In this document: piece after piece, positions 1 through 6,941 of the stretch | How the letters are laid out: the number at the start of each line of letters is the position of its first letter | Numbering within the stretch: position 1 is the first letter of the stretch | NCBI GenBank assembly: GCA_029258835.1 | Contig: JAPDJY010000041.1 | Span: 1 to 12,034 of the forward strand | Origin: Thermoproteota archaeon | GTDB lineage: Archaea; Asgardarchaeota; Jordiarchaeia; Jordiarchaeales; Freyrarchaeaceae | Reading direction: 5' to 3' | Length of the DNA: 12,034 nt | Translations under genes and position numbers: made by a program | The notes under the pieces: generated by a model | The model's input: the letters and a program-made list of their open reading frames with translations, nothing else | What the model was told of the DNA's origin: nothing | Databases searched by the model: none

Positions 1-719
1 GGGATGGCAAACTAAAATCAGCATCAAACCAAACAAACAATACCTGGAAGTAAACCTAGCAAGGTACGGCTACCTGCCAAAGGACTTCAACACCACCGGA
101 GGACTACTGACAGAAAACAGGCTCATAGTCAACTTCAAGAGAGAAGTGGAAGGCGCCGAACCGAGGGGCCGGGCCTCATTCGACGTAAACCTGGCCAACG
201 TGACAGCCCCGACCAACGGGAAGGTGGTCAAGTACGACCTCAGGCAGCCACACCACATCCACAGGGCCTACGAGGAAAAGAGGAGAAGAATACAGAAGCT
301 ATCCAAGCGCAAGCCTAAAGTAGCTGAGAGGCTCATGCAAAAATACTCCAGGAGGGAGAGGAACAGGGCCAAAGACCTCATGCACAAGCTAACAGCCAGT
401 AGCCAAGGAGCTCAAGGAGCTACGTAGCGGCGCGCTACTCGAGGACCTGAGGGGCATCAAGGGCAGGGTCCTCAACGGGGGCAAAGGAATCAGCCGCAGG
501 CTTTCAGAGTGGAACGCAAGAACATTCCAGCTCATGCTCGAACACAAGCTGAAGTGGGCTGGATTACCTGTAAAGTACGTTAACCCGTCCTACTCTTCCA
601 GGACGTGCCCCCTCTGTTCTGGCCGCATGGCGGCCTATGAGGGCAGACTAATGCGATGCAAAGAATGCTGTTTGGTTCTTGATAGGGATGTTGCTGCTGT
701 CCTGAACCTTCGGATGTAG
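1..719 (+). pseudogene. tnpB: RNA-guided endonuclease TnpB, 5'-truncated by the window and frameshifted
   Basis: The frame starting at 2 gives RuvC-I SFDVN and the helical 'KYSRRERNRAKDLMHK' segment. After a shift at ~398 the next frame reads VAKELKELRSGALLEDLRG (RuvC-II E), zinc ribbon CPLC...CKEC and RuvC-III DRDVAAVLNL, then TAG at 717-719. The frame stays open beyond this to TGA 825-827. A further -1 shift near position 15 is possible (DGKLK/ISIKP). Confidence 0.92.
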
Positions 720-832
720 GGCTCTGGGGTTCCCCCGAAAGCCCTAATAGAGGTGTACGCCTCGATGATGGGGAAACGCCTGATAGACCAAAACACACAT
801 CTACCCATAAAAGCCTATCAAGCGTGAACCCC
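1..832 (+). mobile_element. IS200/IS605-family (tnpB-bearing) element, 3' part; left end lies outside the window
   Basis: TnpB reading frames run from the window edge. They are followed by a hairpin-rich region ending at GAACCCC (826-832), after which the sequence switches abruptly to the middle of an unrelated gene (ESDLLVYVN...). The exact right end is uncertain within about 829-832. Confidence 0.8.
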
Positions 833-850
833 GAGAGCGACCTGCTAGTT
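717..850 (+). ncRNA. Putative TnpB omega/reRNA scaffold plus flank-derived guide
   Basis: Stems: TAGGGCT(717-723)/AGCCCTA(740-746); GAGGT(750-754)/GCCTC(759-763); ACGCCTGATAG(776-786)/CTATCAAGCGT(815-825, one mismatch). Loop sequence GGGGTTC(726-732) is complementary to terminal GAACCCC(826-832). Position at the tnpB 3' end/right end matches known omega-RNAs. Boundaries are approximate. Confidence 0.6.
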
Positions 851-1840
851 TACGTTAACGTAACGTTCACCCCTATGAACGGGGGTTGGAAGTCGGTCGT
901 GTGGGCCTCGCCTCCTACGAGTCGATAAGCTGCCATCATAACCCAGAAGTCTTCGGCTGGAACATTATGGAACCTGAAAAGTCTGAAATGCACAGGATCC
1001 TGTGGAGGATGGGCGGCGTGGTGGAGAAGAACCTTAGGATTTTCCAGGTTGAAACGGTCGTGGCGAACGTTCTCTAGCCAAGCCTATCAATAGTTGGCGG
1101 CGGCCGTCTCCGGTCGCCCTTAACCTTGAAGGCTTTCTCCCTCCTACCCGGAGGCCTGAGAAACTGGGCTAGGGGTAGGGTGAGGGCAGCCTACAGGATG
1201 GCATACGTTAAGGCTGGAAGCGTCGGGGGGTTCACGGGGAAACCCTGAAAACCCTGAGGAGGCACTTGAACTAGAGGTTAGAGAACAGTTTGACGTGGTG
1301 GTCTTAGGCGTCCCTAACATGAGCCCATACAGCGCGTTCTCCATCCAAAACCCTATCCTCTCGGCCAACTTGGCCCTAGGGTACGCCTACGGGTTCCTCA
1401 GCGTTGGGAAGCCACTCCTTAGAAAAAGCGGGGTGGTGGTTTTCTTCAGCCCGATGGACGAGGTCTTCCATGAGGGCCACCACCCATCATACTTAGAGTT
1501 CTACAAGCTTCTGGGTGAAACACGTGACCCATGGGAGCTACGCGAAAGGTATGAAAGGAGGTTCGCCGAGGACGAGCGTTACGTCAAGCTGTACAGGTAT
1601 GGATACGCGTATCACGGAGCGCACCCCTTCTTCGTGTGGTACGCTATCAGGCCAGCCTTAGAGCAAGCTTCAGCTGTAATAAACGTCAGCCCCGTGAACC
1701 CTAGGGTTCCGGAGAAGCTCGGCTTCGAATGGGCAAGGAGCTTGGACGAGGCACTGGAGAAAGCATACGGTTACGTTGGGAGGGATGCAAGCATAGCTTA
1801 CCCCGCTATGCCACCCATCTTCTGTACTCGTGTCAAGTGA
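833..1840 (+). pseudogene. Lactate racemase (LarA/DUF2088) domain protein, C-terminal portion, interrupted and frameshifted
   Basis: Stitched translation: ESDLLVYVNVTFTPMNGGWKSV / VGLASYESISCHHNP...IFQVETVVANVL*PSL...KAGSV / VHGETLKTLRR / LELEVREQFDVVVLGVPNMSPYS...HHPSY...YGYAYHGAHPF. -1 shifts at ~900, ~1225-1230 and ~1264, and in-frame TAG at 1075-1077. The motifs resemble the long LarA-domain subfamily as recalled. The N-terminus is missing at the IS junction. Confidence 0.75.
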
Positions 1841-1847
1841 GCCTCCA

Positions 1848-2492
1848 CTACTTCTCCCAGCAGCTTTTAGCCCAGTAGGCGTTCCAGTAGGCCGTGTAGA
1901 GTGCGCCGGCGGGGTTGTGCGAGAGCACCCTATCCTTCGCTATGAGGGTCGTAACGGGCGCGTCGGAGAACTTTGTGAACACTGCGTCGTGGCCTACGCA
2001 TAGCCCTACGATTATGTTTAAATCCGTCTTTTGCTCGTTGAGGTAGAGCGCTTGGGCGACTGGGTTGCACGCGACATCGCCTATGAAGTATCCTGTCTTC
2101 GACGAGCCACTATACTCCTCTGGAACCCCAATGTCCTTTTTGAGGAACCCCCCTGTTTTGCACATTATCGTAACGACTTCGAACCCGTGCTCCCTTAGAA
2201 TCCTCGAAACGGCCTCAGCCTCGCTCTGTAAGCCTATGCAGAACGCCACTCCAAGCCTCTTGTATCCCATCAGCCTAGCGAACTCTATGGTGTCCTTGAG
2301 GCGGGGCCACTGCATGTACCCCGAAGCCTCGATGATGGCGGCGTTAACGGCGATCCTCCTAGCCTCCTCATCTTCCTCATAGATCCTCCTAGCCTCCTCA
2401 TAGACAGCCTTACTGGTCACCATTGGGCAGTCACGGGGGCGGTCGGGGCTACCTGTAACGCACGAAATCTTCCTGCAGCTCGCACAGTTCAA
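1848..2492 (-). CDS. DUF1847 family Cys-rich putative metal-binding protein
   Basis: Motifs GVAFCIGL, MCK, CNPVAQA, GLCVGHD, APVTTLIAKDRVL-HNP and N-terminal CxxC-x4-C...CP. Start placed at TTG 2492 (MNCASC) behind SD-like GGTGGTGG. The ORF track extends it to 2507. Confidence 0.88.
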   Translation of the reverse strand: MNCASCRKISCVTGSPDRPRDCPMVTSKAVYEEARRIYEEDEEARRIAVNAAIIEASGYMQWPRLKDTIEFARLMGYKRLGVAFCIGLQSEAEAVSRILREHGFEVVTIMCKTGGFLKKDIGVPEEYSGSSKTGYFIGDVACNPVAQALYLNEQKTDLNIIVGLCVGHDAVFTKFSDAPVTTLIAKDRVLSHNPAGALYTAYWNAYWAKSCWEK

Positions 2493-2675
2493 GCAAACCA
2501 CCACCAAAACGGGAAACTATGCAGCTTTTCCAAGCTATATCTTCAAAATCGGAGCAAGGTTTATTTAACTTTTTTTAACTTTTGCCGGTTTAAAAGCCGG
2601 GTTGAAAGCCGCCCCTCCACCCTTCCCCTTCCTCCACCCATTAATCCCGGATGTGAACATTTCTTAAAGGGAATG

Positions 2676-3767
2676 TTACGTTAAGCCTTCCTTAGCGTAG
2701 AGTTCAAGAACCTCGTCCACAGCCTCCTTAAGCCCCTTCTCCCTAGACATTTTTTTGAGTTCTCTCAGTACGACAGCTGAAACGATTCCTTTTAGGGCAT
2801 GTACCTTCACTACTTCCAGCACATCCCTCAATAACTTCCTGTCAGGGGTCCTGAGGAGAGGAGCGATAGCCTTTAAAGCTTCCCTTGAAACGAACCCTCT
2901 GAACGAGTACTCCATTAGGGCTAGGGCTGCAGCCCTCTTAACCTCAACGCTTGGATCGTTTAACGCCTCTATCAGCATCCTGAAAACCTCCTCTGAAACC
3001 ACGTTTTTATCCGCGTAGGCGGCTAACGCCATCACAATGCTTCTCCTAGCCTGGCTATCCTCTTCCTCTCTAAGAGCGTCCTTCATCAGCTCAAAGGCAG
3101 AACGTGAAACATGCCCCTTCTCGGCGTAAGCCATAAGCATGCTTGCAGCGCTACTCCTAACGGTTGAGCTACTTGCACGCAGTAGCAACTCTACATCCCT
3201 AAGGACGCCTACATCTAGGAGACCCCTATCGGCGTAGGCTGCCAGGGCCAACGCCACCCCGCCTCTAACCTCAAGGCTCCTATCATCTCTTAACAGCCTA
3301 AGAAGCTGCCTGAACGCTTCCCGCGAAACATAGCCATTCAGGGCGTAGACCATAGCAGCCAGCGCCGCGTTTCTCCTAACGTTAGAGTTTGAATCCCTCA
3401 GGAAGTCCTCTAGCTTTTCCAGCAGCTTCTCCGAGTGAACCCCTTCTACAAGGTGGTTCCTAATAGCTGCGATGGCATCACACTTAACATCAGGGTCCTC
3501 CTCCACGAGAAACCCTTCCAACAGGGGAACCGCCCCCTCGCTCATAAACCCCCGTTCAACGTAGGCCCTCACAGCCCTTAGAGCACTCCTCCTAACCCTC
3601 CCGTCGGGATCCTTTAAAAGCCCCACCAGCCTCTCGAATGCTTCAGGGGCTGTCACACCCTCAGACGCCTTCTTCGCTATTGCCTCGATCGAACTCTTCC
3701 TAACCCAAGGGTTCCTATCATCAAGCAAACCTATTAAACGTTTCAAGTTTCCCCCCAACAAAACCAT
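2676..3767 (-). CDS. HEAT-repeat (alpha-solenoid) protein
   Basis: About ten 36-37 aa repeats of pattern L--LL-D----VR--A--A---Y---G--S----. Start uncertain (ATG 3767, TTG 3746 or 3794). Confidence 0.88.
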   Translation of the reverse strand: MVLLGGNLKRLIGLLDDRNPWVRKSSIEAIAKKASEGVTAPEAFERLVGLLKDPDGRVRRSALRAVRAYVERGFMSEGAVPLLEGFLVEEDPDVKCDAIAAIRNHLVEGVHSEKLLEKLEDFLRDSNSNVRRNAALAAMVYALNGYVSREAFRQLLRLLRDDRSLEVRGGVALALAAYADRGLLDVGVLRDVELLLRASSSTVRSSAASMLMAYAEKGHVSRSAFELMKDALREEEDSQARRSIVMALAAYADKNVVSEEVFRMLIEALNDPSVEVKRAAALALMEYSFRGFVSREALKAIAPLLRTPDRKLLRDVLEVVKVHALKGIVSAVVLRELKKMSREKGLKEAVDEVLELYAKEGLT

Positions 3768-3783
3768 GCAACCTTTCTCTCTG

Positions 3784-3830
3784 TTAAAAAACAAGAAATA
3801 AAAACATAAATGTTTTTTAATGTTTTTTAA
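3784..3830. promoter_or_regulatory. AT-rich direct/inverted repeat cluster upstream of the HEAT gene (promoter/operator candidate)
   Basis: TTAAAAAACA (3784-3793) is the reverse complement of TGTTTTTTAA, which occurs twice in tandem (3811-3820, 3821-3830). AAAAACAT(3800-3807)/ATGTTTTT(3810-3817) forms an inner inverted repeat. Confidence 0.45.
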
Positions 3831-3965
3831 ACAACCCTATGCTCCTTGAGGGCTTCCAACAAAGGTTCGGTTTGAGTACAATGCAAGAGGATCGTTATCT
3901 TTTAACGTTGTCTATTTAACCTTCTGGTCGGCTGCTCAGATCAAGTGATGCTTCTCTCCTTAGGG

Positions 3966-5363
3966 TTACTCCACTGGTACGAGCTCTGTCCTAATATGTT
4001 CCCTTGAATCGTCTACTGTTATCGCATAGAACATGGTTGAGGGCTCCTTCCCCTGGATCAACGTTACACCGTTAACGTTTTTCATCTCAAAGTGTACGTC
4101 AGCTGTATGGAGAAGTGTGCCAACGTTTCTTTGTCCTTGCTTTATGACGAGTATTACGCTGTGCTTAACTGCCCGTAAAGTTATAATGAGCCTAGCGACC
4201 ATGTCCAGCATGTCCTCGGATCCATAAACGTGCTCTAAGGTGTCAGTAGATATGAACATTATACCTCCTTTTGAGGCTGCCTCCGTAGATATGATGTTCC
4301 TTATCTGTTCTAAGTCTTTACTTGGATCGTCCCCCTCAAGAACGTAGATGTTCCTTCCTTTTCCCACCTTATGCTCCGCGAACTGTATAATGTGAACATA
4401 GCTTTTTAATTCATGGACACGTTCTTCGAATGGCTGGAAGGAATTCCTAACGTCAATCCACGAAAAGCCTCCAGAGGGTATCATGAAAACAGGATGTCCT
4501 TGCCTTACAGCGTTTAGGAAAAACGGGATTAACACCCATCTATAGTCTACTCTAACGTCCTCCCCTACTTCTAAGGCAACCACCCATCCCTTCCTAACTC
4601 CCCCTCCAAGAGCTCTATCCAGCTCGTCTACGGTTGTGGGTATAACTTCACCCTTCACTCCCCTAATGGGAGGTGGCTCCGCTCTTTCCGGCATTACATA
4701 CTGGCTTGGCTCTAGTACGGTGAACCGTCCATCCTTCAGAGTGAACAAGCGTGACGGGAACTTTATCCTTTTACCCCTAATTTTCTCGAGAAGGATCTCT
4801 CTAATGAAGAACCCGTCGATCAGCCTCCTGTTTAACGTGACGATCCCATCCACTATGTATTCCAAGTTGCTTTCACGCGTCCCCTCTAATACTAAAACTA
4901 TGCTTGAAGACGTTGCCTCAGCCATTTCAAGCAGTAACTTCTCGATTTGAAGGTCTTCTGGCCGGGTCTTCAAGTTAAACTTTAACGCGTCCAAACTGTC
5001 TATTACAGCCACTTTAGGCTCCCCTTTCCTCTTCAACTTAACGTAAAGCACCTCCATGAACTCTGGTGCACTAGCATACTTAAGTGGAGGGCGCTCCCCC
5101 TTCTCTGGAACTACTTGAGGCGCTCTGGCGTCTATGAACATCTCATCAGACAGCACATCCCTAACCCATGGAAAATACTTATAGAATAATTCACGTGAAG
5201 TCCTCGTTGAAACGTACACGCAAGTCCCCTCTTTAAACTCTTCAATAATGGAAAGCGTAAAAGCAGTCTTTCCACCCCCCGGAACCCCCTTCACCAGCAG
5301 CGAAGCTCCTTCTCTAAGGACATCCATCAACTCTTCCGGGACTCTTACCAAGCGACTGAGCAT
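3966..5363 (-). CDS. KaiC/RAD55-superfamily two-domain ATPase, GvpD P-loop-like
   Basis: Walker A GVPGGGKT, YVSTR, Walker B AVIDSLD, EYIVDGIVTL, EKIRG. The second RecA-like domain begins IPTTVDELDRALGGG and has a degenerate P-loop. ATG 5363 follows SD-like GGTGGT (alternative ATG 5378). Confidence 0.85.
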   Translation of the reverse strand: MLSRLVRVPEELMDVLREGASLLVKGVPGGGKTAFTLSIIEEFKEGTCVYVSTRTSRELFYKYFPWVRDVLSDEMFIDARAPQVVPEKGERPPLKYASAPEFMEVLYVKLKRKGEPKVAVIDSLDALKFNLKTRPEDLQIEKLLLEMAEATSSSIVLVLEGTRESNLEYIVDGIVTLNRRLIDGFFIREILLEKIRGKRIKFPSRLFTLKDGRFTVLEPSQYVMPERAEPPPIRGVKGEVIPTTVDELDRALGGGVRKGWVVALEVGEDVRVDYRWVLIPFFLNAVRQGHPVFMIPSGGFSWIDVRNSFQPFEERVHELKSYVHIIQFAEHKVGKGRNIYVLEGDDPSKDLEQIRNIISTEAASKGGIMFISTDTLEHVYGSEDMLDMVARLIITLRAVKHSVILVIKQGQRNVGTLLHTADVHFEMKNVNGVTLIQGKEPSTMFYAITVDDSREHIRTELVPVE

Positions 5364-5542
5364 TATACCACCAAACATTAATCATACTTCATCATTTTTC
5401 AGTAATAACTTAAACTATTAAAATTTTTTAATGGAGATGAGGTAGGGGAGTAACTTTTAGATAACGCGTTGAGGCTTCCCTCCGATGAGTATATTAACTT
5501 TAATCCACGAAAATTCTAACCATACTTGAAGGAGGACGCGTA

Positions 5543-6850
5543 ATGCCTCGAACGGATGAAAGCTACGAAGAACTAATGTTCAGTTATGTGAGGGAGATTT
5601 GTGGAAGGTTCGGCCCTCGGGAGCCATGCTCTCCCGCAGAGATAAATGCGTCGAATAGAACCAAGGAGATACTGGAAAATTACTGCGACTCGGTCGAAGT
5701 TGAAGAGTACTATTGTCACCCTAAGGGATTCCTAGGATACATACGGTGGTTCATATGGTTTTACGCCGTCGCATTGCTTTTCTACTGGAGTGACTGGGCC
5801 TGGTGGATCGGCCTAAACCCTGCAGACCTCTGGCCTCTCTCGGGGGTAGGAGCCGCCCTCATAGCCTTCGCCTTCCTAGTTTTGTTTCTTCAGTTGATGT
5901 ACCTTGCAGAGTTCGTTGATCCCGTTTTTCCGAAGGGTCTCTCTCAAAACTTGATATGTAAACTGAAGCCTAAAGGTAGAGCTGAACGCCTAGTTCTCCT
6001 AGGGGCGCACATAGACTCGGCCTACGAGTTCACCCTTTCAAGCGTGCTCGGCTTCGGAGCATACGTAATGATGGTTTTAGCCATACTGTCATCAGTAGCG
6101 CTCATGACGGCCTCGGCTTTAAAATGCGCCTGCACGCTCTTTTTCGGCTATCCAACACTCTCCCCGCCGACGCCGATAAGAAGTTTTAACTTTGCGCTTT
6201 ACTGGCTAACCTTTACGTTGAAGCCGGCTTTCATGACGATTGACCCGATGCTCGTAGTCTGGATTATCGGCGGATTCTTCGTGTTTCTCGTCTCGTACTT
6301 CTTTGTCAACATGAGAAAAGTGGTCTTAGGGGCGAATGATGACCTTGCCGGAGTAGCGGCTCTAATAGGCGCCGCAAAATATCTCTCCCAGAACAGGCCA
6401 AAGAGAACAGAGGTTTGGATAGTCGTCTTCGGCAACGAGGAGTCCATGAGAGGATCTAAGAGGTTCGTGGAGAAGCACCGTGAAGAGCTAGCTAGAAGGC
6501 GGGCATACACGGTGAACATTGAAATGGTGGGGTGCAGCAGCCCCTTAATCGCCGCGAAGGCTGAGCCGATGTTCCTAACCAAGCACGCGCCAGAAGTCTA
6601 CAACCTGCTGGTCGAAGCAGGGGAGAAAGCGGGGATCCCTGTTAAAAGCGAGGTGGTACCTTTCGGAGGCTCGGACTCGGCTAACTTCTCACGTAAAAAG
6701 CTGCTGGCATCACAGCTAGTCCGGCTCGGAAGGGAGACAGCATCCCTATGGCACACTCCGAGGGACACTCTTGAAAATGTAGACCCGAAGAGAATCAGGG
6801 AGGCACTAGAAGTAATACTCGAGTTCGTAAACCTCGTAGACCAGAAATAA
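5543..6850 (+). CDS. M28 family metallopeptidase with inserted transmembrane segments
   Basis: Metal-binding/catalytic motifs GAHIDS, GANDDLAG, GNEES, NIEMVG, GSDS, WHT--D. Four long hydrophobic stretches lie within the domain. GGAGG SD precedes the ATG. Confidence 0.88.
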   Translation: MPRTDESYEELMFSYVREICGRFGPREPCSPAEINASNRTKEILENYCDSVEVEEYYCHPKGFLGYIRWFIWFYAVALLFYWSDWAWWIGLNPADLWPLSGVGAALIAFAFLVLFLQLMYLAEFVDPVFPKGLSQNLICKLKPKGRAERLVLLGAHIDSAYEFTLSSVLGFGAYVMMVLAILSSVALMTASALKCACTLFFGYPTLSPPTPIRSFNFALYWLTFTLKPAFMTIDPMLVVWIIGGFFVFLVSYFFVNMRKVVLGANDDLAGVAALIGAAKYLSQNRPKRTEVWIVVFGNEESMRGSKRFVEKHREELARRRAYTVNIEMVGCSSPLIAAKAEPMFLTKHAPEVYNLLVEAGEKAGIPVKSEVVPFGGSDSANFSRKKLLASQLVRLGRETASLWHTPRDTLENVDPKRIREALEVILEFVNLVDQK

Positions 6851-6859
6851 CCACCCCCC

Positions 6860-6876
6860 ATTTTTTAACTTTTAAA
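6860..6876 (+). terminator. Possible archaeal oligo-T terminator after the peptidase gene
   Basis: ATTTTTTAACTTTTAAA starts ~10 nt after the stop codon. It may overlap promoter elements for the next gene. Confidence 0.4.
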
Positions 6877-6941
6877 TGTCCCCCGTTTACAATCCTTTGA
6901 ATGAGAAACCCTTTTCTCCCCTGTTAACGTAGAATTTTTGG

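Noticed and set aside
850-863. 14-bp perfect palindrome TTACGTTAACGTAA
   Set aside because: Explained by V-Y-V-N-V codons in the larA-like frame. GTTAAC/AACGTT words are common throughout the window.
717-1077. Two in-frame TAG codons as evidence of amber recoding (pyrrolysine or stop reassignment)
   Set aside because: Both lie in genes also broken by frameshifts, TAG terminates the intact DUF1847 gene, and no pyl machinery is visible.
811-1090. 11-bp direct repeat AAGCCTATCAA at 811-821 and 1080-1090 as a target-site duplication
   Set aside because: One copy is inside the IS right-end hairpin and the other inside coding sequence. IS200/IS605 elements make no TSD, so this is likely chance.
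895-1270. Programmed ribosomal frameshifting in the larA-like gene
   Set aside because: Three shifts, a stop codon and a missing N-terminus fit decay or sequence error better.
3966-5363. Gas vesicle operon or circadian clock
   Set aside because: No gvpA/other gvp, kaiA or kaiB genes in the window. Only the ATPase fold is shared.
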